Shown here one piece after another: positions 1 to 9,201 of a stretch of DNA of 64,000 nucleotides (position 1 is its first letter; each line of letters opens with the position of its first letter). Below the pieces are notes generated by a model, which saw nothing but the letters and a program-made list of their open reading frames with translations, ran no database searches and was not told the DNA's origin. The stretch covers positions 12,339 through 76,338 of the forward strand of contig JBNPEG010000051.1 of the NCBI GenBank assembly GCA_051117555.1, in the 5' to 3' direction. This DNA is from Elainellaceae cyanobacterium (GTDB taxonomy: Bacteria; Cyanobacteriota; Cyanobacteriia; CAZCXK01). A program made the position numbers and the translations under genes.

Positions 1-7
1 AAACAAT

Positions 8-40
8 GAGTTGGGCTAGATAATCTGGCTCAACTCGTTT
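8..40 (+). terminator. Hairpin, probable terminator of the gene upstream of the window
   Basis: gagttgggctaga-taa-tctggctcaactc stem followed by gttt. Confidence 0.45.
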
Positions 41-188
41 CATAAGTATATAATCCTCAAATTAACTGGAATCGGGGTTATAACCCCGCCAAATTGCGAG
101 AAAATCTTTTTTTAGCTCTAGCTTTGGAACGATAATTCACGTAGACTCTGCCTGAACGTCTTTCCATCTCTACCTGGTAGGATTTCAG

Positions 189-1238
189 ATGCCCGCTCAG
201 CTTTATCATCTCGTCTCATTTCTGGCTTCTGCTATTGTCGTCTTGATTAGTACGCCACTCGTCAAACATATTGGCCTATCTGCCGGACGTGTTGATCTAC
301 CAAGCGATCGCAAGGTTCATCAACGTCCAATGGTGCGTCTTGGCGGAATTTCTATCTTTATCGGAAGCTTGACGGCACTGCTAATTGTTTGGGCAATGGG
401 AGGGTTTGGCATTTTACCCCCTCATAAAGAATATGAGATTTGGGGCGTCACGATTGGCGGGCTGGCCTTCTTTCTAATTGGTTTAGCCGATGATTTATTT
501 GGGTTATCTCCTGCGTCTCGTCTATTGATGCAAGTGGCGATCGCGGCTTGTGCCTGGCAAGTTGGTGTACAAATCGAGTTTCTCACCATCCCATTTATAG
601 GTTTAATTCCTCTCCCCGTATGGTTGAGCGTGCTTATTACCATCATTTGGCTAGTTGGTATGACCAACGCCATCAACTGGATTGACGGATTAGATGGGTT
701 GGCGGCTGGAGTGTCTGGCATTGCGGCGGTTGTCATGTTGATGGTCAGCCTATATATGAATCAGCCCGCTGCTGCCCTCATTGCGGCTGCCCTCGCAGGG
801 GGGGCGCTCGGATTTCTTCGCTATAACTTTAATCCAGCTCAAATCTTTATGGGTGATGGAGGGGCCTATTACATTGGGTTCACCCTAGCAGGAGTCAGTG
901 TCATCGGTTTGATTAAAAGCGTCACTACGGTTGCCGTATTATTGCCTTACCTAATCTTGGCAGTGCCAATTTTAGACATGTCAGCCGTAATTTTGGATCG
1001 ACTCCGCCACGGAAAATCGCCATTTGCTGCCGATAACCGTCACCTCCACCATCGCTTGCTAAACGCCGGGTTATCGCATCGATTAACCGTTCTATTTATT
1101 TATTCACTGACGCTTTGGGTGGGGAGTCTAGCCGTCGCATTTGCCGGTGTGCCAAGCGGTTTGGTATATGCATTAGCTGCAACGGCCTTATTAAGCTATA
1201 CCTGTTGGAAAGCTCGAAAACATGCCCGCCAGCAGTAA
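189..1238 (+). CDS. MraY/WecA family (GT4) undecaprenyl-phosphate GlcNAc-1-phosphate transferase
   Basis: Multi-TM protein with GLADD, NAINWIDGLDGLA, FMGDGG and HLHHRL motifs. Confidence 0.92.
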   Translation: MPAQLYHLVSFLASAIVVLISTPLVKHIGLSAGRVDLPSDRKVHQRPMVRLGGISIFIGSLTALLIVWAMGGFGILPPHKEYEIWGVTIGGLAFFLIGLADDLFGLSPASRLLMQVAIAACAWQVGVQIEFLTIPFIGLIPLPVWLSVLITIIWLVGMTNAINWIDGLDGLAAGVSGIAAVVMLMVSLYMNQPAAALIAAALAGGALGFLRYNFNPAQIFMGDGGAYYIGFTLAGVSVIGLIKSVTTVAVLLPYLILAVPILDMSAVILDRLRHGKSPFAADNRHLHHRLLNAGLSHRLTVLFIYSLTLWVGSLAVAFAGVPSGLVYALAATALLSYTCWKARKHARQQ

Positions 1239-1256
1239 GAATCGTCATAAAATTCC

Positions 1257-2522
1257 ATGAATGCAAGTGCTGAAATCATCTGCGTAGGGACTGAGCTTCT
1301 TCTGGGCGAGATTTTAAATAGTAATGCTCAGTTTCTAGCCCAAGAACTTGCCAGACTCGGCATTTCCCACTATTACCAAACGGTGGTGGGAGACAACCCG
1401 CTCCGCTTGAAGAAAGTCATTACAACAGCATGTGAGCGATCGCGCCTACTGCTTTTTACAGGGGGGCTGGGTCCGACCCCTGACGACCTTACCACTGAAA
1501 CCATTGCCGATTTTTTTGGGGTTCCGTTGGTTGAGCGCGCCGAAATCTTAGAGGATATTGCTCGCAAATACGCTCATCGGGGTTGGATTGTCTCTCCTAG
1601 TAATCGAAAACAGGCGCTACTTCCAGAAGGGGCTGATGTTCTTCCAAATCCGCAAGGAAGTGCGCCAGGTATGATTTGGACACCGAGACCTGGGTTGACG
1701 ATTCTTACGTTTCCGGGTGTGCCTAGCGAAATGCAAACCATGTGGCAGCAAACCGCAGTTCCGTATTTGCAATGTCAGGGATGGGGCAGCAGCACGATTT
1801 ATAGCCGGACTCTCAAATTTTGGGGAATCACAGAATCTGCGCTTGCCGAAAAAATTCAACCCTTTTTTGACCTTCAGAACCCAACCGTCGCTCCCTATGC
1901 AGGACAGGGAGAAGTGCGGCTACGAATTTCAGCACGGGCAGAATCATCCGATACAGCCCTTCAGATCATTCGCCCCGTCGAGCAAACGCTTCAAGACATG
2001 GGTGGAGACCACTACTACGGTGCAGACACAGACACGTTGGCATCGGTAGTGGGAGACTTGTTGAGCAATGCCCAGGAGACCTTGGCGGTTGCTGAATCTT
2101 GCACGGGCGGAGGGCTCGGAGAGTTGCTTACGACTGTCTCAGGTAGCTCAAGCTATTTCAAAGGAGGCGTCATTGCTTACGCTAACGACGTCAAGGAGGC
2201 GTTACTGGGAGTTAATCACGAAGATTTGCAAGCTCAGGGGGCCGTCAGTGATGTTGTGGCTCAGCAGATGGCCGCAGGCGTGTGCGATCGCCTCGGCACA
2301 ACCTGGGGGCTCAGCATCACGGGCGTCGCTGGACCCACGGGTGGGACATCTGCCAAACCCGTGGGTTTGGTCTATATTGGGCTAGCAAGTGCAGATGGTG
2401 TAGTAACGAGCACAGCACACCAGTTTGGAGGATTGCGCGGGCGAGAGTGGGTTCGCTGGATGAGTGCATGCACTGCACTAGACTTGCTCAGGCGTCAAGT
2501 CTTAACCAACCGTAAATATTGA
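1257..2522 (+). CDS. cinA: Competence/damage-inducible protein A (MoCF-binding domain plus PncC domain)
   Basis: AEIICVGTELLLG, GGLGPTPDDLT, AESCTGG and SITGVAGP motifs. Confidence 0.95.
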   Translation: MNASAEIICVGTELLLGEILNSNAQFLAQELARLGISHYYQTVVGDNPLRLKKVITTACERSRLLLFTGGLGPTPDDLTTETIADFFGVPLVERAEILEDIARKYAHRGWIVSPSNRKQALLPEGADVLPNPQGSAPGMIWTPRPGLTILTFPGVPSEMQTMWQQTAVPYLQCQGWGSSTIYSRTLKFWGITESALAEKIQPFFDLQNPTVAPYAGQGEVRLRISARAESSDTALQIIRPVEQTLQDMGGDHYYGADTDTLASVVGDLLSNAQETLAVAESCTGGGLGELLTTVSGSSSYFKGGVIAYANDVKEALLGVNHEDLQAQGAVSDVVAQQMAAGVCDRLGTTWGLSITGVAGPTGGTSAKPVGLVYIGLASADGVVTSTAHQFGGLRGREWVRWMSACTALDLLRRQVLTNRKY

Positions 2523-2661
2523 TCGCGTAACCTTGATCATTTCCTCTAATTGGTTATTATGAAGAAGAGACGATAAAGTGTTAGCTACCTAACTTTCTAG
2601 CTGGGTTTTTTTAAAAACTCTTAAATGCTTCCTGGCTTAAGTAAAGGAGTAAATATTTCTA

Positions 2662-2799
2662 ATGGATTACCTTGACGGCATACTTGACAAGCTTAAAGAT
2701 TGGGTCCGCAAGTTGCTTGATGCGCTGCTGGGGCCCGATGCTCAACCCGAATCCGAACCGATCCCAATTCCAGTTCGAGAAGGGCAGCGCCGCCGTTAA
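2662..2799 (+). CDS. 45-aa small protein, AtpTheta (atpT/Norf1)-like candidate; below the ORF-track cutoff
   Basis: AAAGGAG at 2643-2649, ATG at 2662, TAA at 2797-2799; MDYLDGILDKLKDWVRKLLDALLGPDAQPESEPIPIPVREGQRRR has an amphipathic helix and an acidic/Pro-rich tail. Confidence 0.7.
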   Translation: MDYLDGILDKLKDWVRKLLDALLGPDAQPESEPIPIPVREGQRRR

Positions 2800-2805
2800 G
2801 TCGGC

Positions 2806-3264
2806 ATGAGCACAGCGTCGAGTGTTGCCAGCATTCTTGTACTTCATGGGCCTAACCTGAACCTGCTGGGTGTCAGACAACCCGAGGTGTATGGGTCAAC
2901 TACGTTAGATGATATCAACCAAATCTTGAGTGAAGATGCTTCATCCTTGTCGATATCTCTTAGCTTTTTGCAGTCTAACCATGAAGGGCATTTGATTGAC
3001 GCAATTCACGGCGCTCTGAAGATTTATCAGGGAATACTCATCAATCCTGGTGCCTACACGCATACGAGTATTGCTCTTCAAGATGCGATCGCCTCGGTTG
3101 GTGTGCCGACGGTTGAGGTCCATCTCAGCAACATTTACCGCCGTGAGGCATTTCGACATCATTCGTATGTTGCGCCTGTTGCGATCGGGCAAGTCAGTGG
3201 GTTTGGTGTCGAAAGCTATCGGCTAGGATTGCGCGCCCTTGTCAGCCACTTGAGGTCAAAGTAG
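2806..3264 (+). CDS. aroQ: Type II 3-dehydroquinate dehydratase
   Basis: [32 protein letters not shown] and [13 protein letters not shown] motifs. Confidence 0.97.
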   Translation: MSTASSVASILVLHGPNLNLLGVRQPEVYGSTTLDDINQILSEDASSLSISLSFLQSNHEGHLIDAIHGALKIYQGILINPGAYTHTSIALQDAIASVGVPTVEVHLSNIYRREAFRHHSYVAPVAIGQVSGFGVESYRLGLRALVSHLRSK

Positions 3265-3511
3265 CTTGGTGCAGTGCAGAAGGATATGTAGGTTGCGTTT
3301 CAATCGTAACCTGGAGCGCTGGCTGAGAATTGAGCAGATTGTGTTAGCTCAGGTCTCTGAGCTGGCTTTTCTGTATTTATCAAGATTTATCAAGACATTT
3401 CTGTAAGCTTCGCTAGATCGGGTCTGTCAACTTCAGCACCAGCTTCTAGGATTGGAAATAGGAAATCGTGTTTCCTATTCGTTGTATTGCGATTGTGGGT
3501 AAATAACAGCC

Positions 3512-4369
3512 ATGTTGAGCCAAACGCTTAATCAACTCAGGAATCTGTTTGCCGAAATGGATCGGGCATTAGTTGCCTATTCAGGCGGGGTAGACAGCAC
3601 GTTGGTTGCGAAGATTGCCTATGATGTGTTGGGCGATCGCGCATTAGCGGTCACGGCCGACTCTCCATCGCTATTGCCCGATGATTTAGAAGATGCCCGG
3701 ATTCAAGCGGCAACGATTGGTATTTCTCATGAAATTATTCGCACGCATGAGATGGATAATCCCAATTACACCTCAAATCCAGTCAATCGATGCTATTTCT
3801 GCAAGAGCGAACTTCACGATACTCTCAAGCCCCTGGCGCTCAAACGCGGTTATCCCTACGTGATTGATGGCGTGAATGCAGATGACTTATCCGATTATCG
3901 TCCCGGTATTCAAGCTGCAAAAGAGCGAGGTGCGCGATCGCCTTTAGCAGAAGTTGGCGTGACGAAGCTAGAGGTTCGACAGCTATCGAAAGAATTAGGG
4001 CTGACCTGGTGGGATAAACCTGCTCAGCCTTGTCTGAGTTCCCGATTTCCATACGGTGAAGAAATCACCGTGGGTAAGCTTCAGCGCGTTGGGAAAGCCG
4101 AGCGCCATCTCCGTAGCTTGGGCATGACGAATCTGCGGGTTCGCTCGGAAGGCGATACGGCACGGATTGAGTTGCCGCCCGAGCAAATCAAAGATTTTGT
4201 CCTGACGGCTAATTTGCCTTCACTCGTCGAACAGCTTCAAGCCTATGGCTTTTTGTATGTCACGCTTGACTTGGAAGGATATCAGAGCGGTAAGCTCAAT
4301 CGGGCACTTCAGCGTCCGTCATCGGATAGCGCGACGAACGATGATCTAGCGACTGCTAGTAGAGGATGA
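3512..4369 (+). CDS. larE: ATP-dependent sacrificial sulfur transferase (PP-loop), LarE family
   Basis: AYSGGVDS PP-loop, RCYFCK, DYRPG and PCLSSR motifs. Confidence 0.9.
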   Translation: MLSQTLNQLRNLFAEMDRALVAYSGGVDSTLVAKIAYDVLGDRALAVTADSPSLLPDDLEDARIQAATIGISHEIIRTHEMDNPNYTSNPVNRCYFCKSELHDTLKPLALKRGYPYVIDGVNADDLSDYRPGIQAAKERGARSPLAEVGVTKLEVRQLSKELGLTWWDKPAQPCLSSRFPYGEEITVGKLQRVGKAERHLRSLGMTNLRVRSEGDTARIELPPEQIKDFVLTANLPSLVEQLQAYGFLYVTLDLEGYQSGKLNRALQRPSSDSATNDDLATASRG

Positions 4370-5371
4370 GTGAGCGTCTACGATCTCACGGACTCGATAA
4401 ATCGGTCGTCCCTGAGATTCGTGGTATGTTCGCATGAGCAACTCTGCAAGAAGCCCAAAACTAAAGAGCTGGAGCCCGCCTAACACTAACAGAATCGACA
4501 AAATCAATAGGGGGCGATCGCCAATGCTTTGCCCCAAGCCAATCTTTAAGAACGACAGATAGACTCCCAAAACCATCCCCAATACGATTGCCCCGACCCC
4601 AAACAGGCCAAACACATGCATCGGGCGAGTCAGAAATTTCTTCATGAAAAAAATGGTGAGCAGATCCATTAGTACACGAAACGTGCGCCCTAACCCATAT
4701 TTGCTCTTTCCAAATTGTCTGGCATGATGGCTAACTGGAATTTCAGCAATGCGGGCGCCTTCGATAAAGGCTAGAGCAGGCAAGAAGCGATGCAGTTCGC
4801 CGTAGAGATTCATATCGGCAACGAGTTCTGCTCGATATGCCTTAAGAGAACAGCCGTAGTCATGAAGCTCGACTCCCGTGACGCGTCCAATCACCCAATT
4901 GGCGATTTTAGAGGGTAGCAATCGGGTTAACGCGGCATCCTGACGGTCTTTTCGCCAACCGCTTACCAAGTCGTATCCGTCATCTAGCTTGTCCACCAGT
5001 CGAGGAATGTCGATGGGGTCGTTTTGCAAATCGCCGTCCATGGTGATCACGATGCACCCTGCGGCATATTTAAATCCGGCTGCCATTGCCGCCGTTTGAC
5101 CATAATTACGGCGAAACAATACGGCTTTCAAATCAGTGCGCTGGGTAGCTTTTTGCTTAAGAAGCTCAGTCGAACCGTCTTGTGAACCATCGTCAATACA
5201 CACAATTTCGTAGCTGATATCGTGCTCTTGGAGCGTAGTTGCGATCGCCTCCAACAGTTTCGGGAAGCTCTCAACCTCGTTATAGATGGGCACCACGATC
5301 GAGACGTCTGGCTGAGCGGGTGTGATTCCTGATGGGTCGGATTGATGAGGCAAAACGGTCGATATGCTCAT
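4346..5371 (-). CDS. Glycosyltransferase family 2 (ArnC/GtrB-like polyprenol-phosphate glycosyltransferase)
   Basis: VSIVVPIYNE, DDGSQD, RNYGQTAA, MDGDLQNDP and two C-terminal TMs; start placed at ATG 5371 (MSISTV) rather than 5515. Confidence 0.9.
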   Translation of the reverse strand: MSISTVLPHQSDPSGITPAQPDVSIVVPIYNEVESFPKLLEAIATTLQEHDISYEIVCIDDGSQDGSTELLKQKATQRTDLKAVLFRRNYGQTAAMAAGFKYAAGCIVITMDGDLQNDPIDIPRLVDKLDDGYDLVSGWRKDRQDAALTRLLPSKIANWVIGRVTGVELHDYGCSLKAYRAELVADMNLYGELHRFLPALAFIEGARIAEIPVSHHARQFGKSKYGLGRTFRVLMDLLTIFFMKKFLTRPMHVFGLFGVGAIVLGMVLGVYLSFLKIGLGQSIGDRPLLILSILLVLGGLQLFSFGLLAELLMRTYHESQGRPIYRVREIVDAHSSSTSSR

Positions 5372-5462
5372 GGTCGTTTGTAAATTAGCGCGATAAAACG
5401 ATTCGTAGAATGAACCAATAGTATTGACGTGAATTGGCGCCACTGATGCAGGATACGCTGCT

Positions 5463-6485
5463 TTAAGATTTAAGATTACCAGATCGGCTCGCAAGCTCCT
5501 TCGCGAGCCTCCCATTCAACCGCTCGTCTAACCATGCTAAGCCAGCTCCCCCTGCTTCGGCTAATGTGCTAATCAAGCGATATATGGCAACGCTACTCAA
5601 AATCAGCCCGGTCGAAAACTGACCATCGAGTAGGGCGATCGCAGTTGCCTCAAATACGCCAATGCCGCCAGGGGCTCCTGGAATCACCAATCCGAGTAGC
5701 CAAGCAATGCTGAAGGCACTAATGAGCGCTGGGATGTCACTTAATTCAATCGATCTTAATGCAAAGACGACCCACAAAAATCCTGCGCTGCGGAGTCCCA
5801 GAAATACGAATTCACCCAATAGAGGTCGCAGCGGATATCGGTGAATCTTCAGTGGTGGCACTACGACTTCAGACGAGCGATCGTCTAGTGGTGCATCCGG
5901 TTCAGGATTGGGTTTGGCGTGTCCTTTGAGCTTTTTAACATAGCGGAGCAAACCATTAAGAATCCGAGGATGGACAATTGCTAACACTCCCAAAAGCCCG
6001 ACAATTTGTAGGGCGAGATTGCTTCGCTGGCCGCTGATTAACGCAACTAAAAGCGCCGCTGCTGCCATAAGTAGCGGTTCGAGCAGCACGCTCAACGTCG
6101 ATGCTTCGAGGGAATATCCGGCTGCCTTAGATGCCCAGACTCGACCATAAAAATGCCACACATTGCCGGGCAGATATTTGGCGATGTTGGTCTTGAGATA
6201 AACCAAAATTCCCCATACTCCTGAAGCGGGCTGATGGAGTTCTCGCAATATCAAACTCCAGACCCAACCAGACCAAATGTGGGCGAGTAGGGTTGTGCCT
6301 AGGGCGATCGCCAGACACGCCCAACCGCTCGAATCGATGCGAATTGAGGCAACGTCTTCCCAGTGAGCTACCAGAGTTTCTATCAAAAAAACTAGCGTAC
6401 CGCCTAAAATTACCCAACGGAGATAGGGCTTCAGGCGTTTTACAAGATGACGAATCGTTGCCCACACCGACTGCTTTCTGTTCAT
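5463..6485 (-). CDS. Lysylphosphatidylglycerol-synthase-TM / UPF0104 flippase-like membrane protein
   Basis: Multi-TM with KYLPGNVW and PGGIGVFE motifs; directly upstream of the GT2 gene. Confidence 0.8.
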   Translation of the reverse strand: MNRKQSVWATIRHLVKRLKPYLRWVILGGTLVFLIETLVAHWEDVASIRIDSSGWACLAIALGTTLLAHIWSGWVWSLILRELHQPASGVWGILVYLKTNIAKYLPGNVWHFYGRVWASKAAGYSLEASTLSVLLEPLLMAAAALLVALISGQRSNLALQIVGLLGVLAIVHPRILNGLLRYVKKLKGHAKPNPEPDAPLDDRSSEVVVPPLKIHRYPLRPLLGEFVFLGLRSAGFLWVVFALRSIELSDIPALISAFSIAWLLGLVIPGAPGGIGVFEATAIALLDGQFSTGLILSSVAIYRLISTLAEAGGAGLAWLDERLNGRLAKELASRSGNLKS

Positions 6486-6536
6486 TCACATGTTTGACTC
6501 ATAGCAGTTTAGATCTGATTAATCGAAATGAGTGCA

Positions 6537-7526
6537 TCAGCGCGATCGCCGACTGCCAAACATTCGCGCGTAGACATAGGTAAAGGCACTTCCCCAAAAA
6601 AATAACTGGCATGTCAAATATAGCCACAGCATGAGCACCATCACACCGCCGACCACCCCATATGACTGAAAGTGGCTTCCAATATGAATCACGCTGTTAC
6701 TAACCAACTGCTGTAGCCCAACTAGCAAGGTCGTTGTAATCAACGCGCCTAACCACACATCACCCCACGCGACTCGGGTCGCCGGAAGAATCTTAAACAA
6801 GATCATGATGACTAGCGCTAGCAATAAGAAAGACGAGGTAAGCTGCAAAATGTTGATGAGCAGCGCCTCATCGATCTCGATAAACGTAATCTGGTCGCTG
6901 AAATTTTGAAGAATTCTCAAAATAACTTTGACCGCAATATTTGACATCAGCGATAAAAACAACAAAGCCGATGAGCTGAGCACCAGAATAAAGGACGTAA
7001 CTCTGCGATGAACAAAATTCATCACCACAGTGATCAAATTCTCTTGGCTAGGTCGTTCTTCTGAGACTTTCCAGATAATGTCTAAATCTCGCTTGAGCGC
7101 TCCAAAGACTCCACTTGCCGTAAAGAGCAGTAGCGAGAAGCCCACAATTCCAGCGCCTACGCTGCTTTCATTCAGACTCAGCAATGTATTTTCAACAATG
7201 GCATAGGCATCGGGTGGCAATGATTCTTGTGTCAAGTTCAGAATTTCATTGTATGCGTCTGTGTTAGGCCCCGTTAGAAAGCCAAAAACGCTCAGCGCCA
7301 CTAGAAACGTTGGAAAAATGGAAAATAAGGCATAGTATGCTAAGGCAGCACCCATCTCTAGACATCTTTCTTGCTGCCACTTCAGAAATGTGCGAAAAAA
7401 TAGTTGAACAATTTTAGATTGGGCAATCTGTGTCTTGAAGAATTCAATCACAGGTGATTTACTCAGCAATGGTTGATTAGATTTTGAATGGTTAGTAACG
7501 CGTATCTGTCGGTCCGTTTCTCTCAC
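6537..7526 (-). CDS. YihY/virulence factor BrkB family membrane protein
   Basis: GAALAYYALFS.FP and YGVVGGVMVLMLWLY motifs. Confidence 0.9.
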   Translation of the reverse strand: MRETDRQIRVTNHSKSNQPLLSKSPVIEFFKTQIAQSKIVQLFFRTFLKWQQERCLEMGAALAYYALFSIFPTFLVALSVFGFLTGPNTDAYNEILNLTQESLPPDAYAIVENTLLSLNESSVGAGIVGFSLLLFTASGVFGALKRDLDIIWKVSEERPSQENLITVVMNFVHRRVTSFILVLSSSALLFLSLMSNIAVKVILRILQNFSDQITFIEIDEALLINILQLTSSFLLLALVIMILFKILPATRVAWGDVWLGALITTTLLVGLQQLVSNSVIHIGSHFQSYGVVGGVMVLMLWLYLTCQLFFWGSAFTYVYARMFGSRRSR

Positions 7527-7803
7527 TTATTTAAATGTTAAGCAACTGTTAACTAGTCCACAATACATCTCAGCTCGCTGTCGGATTTAGCTAGGTTTTG
7601 TGCCAATCTAGATGCCAAAACCTAGATGCCGTTTGATGCACGAATTAGCCTGGGCGAATCAAGCATAGGGTTAGAAGTAGCATACCAACAGTAAGCTTGC
7701 AAGCTGACTAGGCACAGATTTATGGATTTTTATTAAGATTACTGAGCGCTTAGGCTTGGCCTTATCAAATTCTAAAATTTTTGAGGTTTTAATGCGGATG
7801 GTT

Positions 7804-7890
7804 CATAGTCCTACGAGCTTGGATTTGTGCGCCAGACCGGGCGACCTTGGGCTCTACGCAGGTTCGATGTCCTAACGCGAGAGTATAAGG
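7804..7890 (+). repeat. Degenerate TATAG-bounded hairpin element, family C
   Basis: catagtcctacgagcttggatttgtg...gtcctaacgcgagag matches both arms of 32957-33051. Confidence 0.7.
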
Positions 7891-7898
7891 ACATCTCT

Positions 7899-8930
7899 CT
7901 AAAAATTTTCTAATTCTAAGTGGTGAAATGTCGTCTCTACTAAGATGCTCCACGATGCGGTCTGATGAATCTTTGCAGCCTCTTGAAACTGATACCAGTG
8001 ACTTTGGGTGTGATTCTCTTTCCAAAAGTATCGATCCCGAAACGAAGCAAAGCGAGGGATAATACCTGCTTTACGATCGTCGATGCCGCGAACGGATTGA
8101 GTGATTGCCTGGTCAAACCAATCTCTGGAGTCAAATTTAGGCAATTGTTGATGCCCATATGAGCGCTTTTCGCTCAGCCCGAGATAGTTTTGGATGCGAT
8201 CGCCCTGCCGGTGATTGGTGGTGTCATAGTCACCAATGGCCTGGTCGAGATCGCAGATGAGCTGATCGGCATCGTGTTCTAGACACTGCGAGGAAACCGA
8301 GGAATCGACGCAACGACGATATTTATAAAACAAATGTCGAGTTGCGTCGAGAAATCGCTGCTTATTATCCACCTGAGCATTTGAGGTCACCAGTCGGCAG
8401 TCGTGCCAAATCAACGCAGGCCAGTCTGGGCTGTGTTTTGCGTCAGCATGACCAATGTTGGGCAAGGCCGAACTTAGCACGCCTTTCATCGCATTAAACA
8501 CGTCATAATAGCCTACGAAGTTTTGGTGTGCCCACGTGTCTACATAGCTATGAGACGCAATGCCGATGCGATAAAGATTGTCGCTGGCGATCGCCTCATC
8601 CATAATTAAGTTTGCATTGCGGCTATTGGGAGTTGTGTTGAGGAGATGGAGTTTGCCGTCCTTGCGACGCGCCGTTGGAGCGAGCGGATCTCCCGGAATG
8701 AAATGAAAGATGGGATAAATCCGCATTAATTCATCCTTAGGCTTCAAAATATTGAGCGTCTGAGTGATGTAGTTGGCGTAAGCAGTAGATTGTCCGACAT
8801 TAATTTGATAAATTTTATGATTTTCATCCACATACTGAGACGCATAGGCAATAATTTCGGCATCTTTAGGTGGAAAGCCTGCCTTTGCAGCGACCAAATA
8901 GTTAATGTAATAGTGATACTCAATATCCAT
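7899..8930 (-). CDS. DUF6765-like protein, possible Zn-dependent phospholipase C / S1-P1 nuclease fold
   Basis: MDIEYHYY N-terminus with SQYVD, FHF.PG, HSYVDTWAH and IGHA motifs. Confidence 0.6.
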   Translation of the reverse strand: MDIEYHYYINYLVAAKAGFPPKDAEIIAYASQYVDENHKIYQINVGQSTAYANYITQTLNILKPKDELMRIYPIFHFIPGDPLAPTARRKDGKLHLLNTTPNSRNANLIMDEAIASDNLYRIGIASHSYVDTWAHQNFVGYYDVFNAMKGVLSSALPNIGHADAKHSPDWPALIWHDCRLVTSNAQVDNKQRFLDATRHLFYKYRRCVDSSVSSQCLEHDADQLICDLDQAIGDYDTTNHRQGDRIQNYLGLSEKRSYGHQQLPKFDSRDWFDQAITQSVRGIDDRKAGIIPRFASFRDRYFWKENHTQSHWYQFQEAAKIHQTASWSILVETTFHHLELENF

Positions 8931-9201
8931 ACGAGTTAGCAGACTGGATGTTAATTGTGTCTATACCAATGCGATCGCCGTCCTTGATGCATGTTCTCAG
9001 CTTGTGAATAAACCCGATTTTATTCTGATTTATTCTTGATAGTAATTTGACTGGTTTTAATTGCAAGAGTATTTATAAAATATTGAATAAAATACTGATG
9101 CGTCTCTGGATCTTGCAAAATAATCTAACCCAAGCAGGATAGCCAATTAAAGGCATCGTACTTGGGTTAATAGCAGGGGCAACTAGGGGGCATTCACACC
9201 G

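Noticed and set aside
2659..2880. Minus-strand 73-aa ORF from the ORF track
   Set aside because: It is the antisense shadow of the 45-aa small ORF and aroQ; the plus-strand ORF has the RBS and a protein-like sequence
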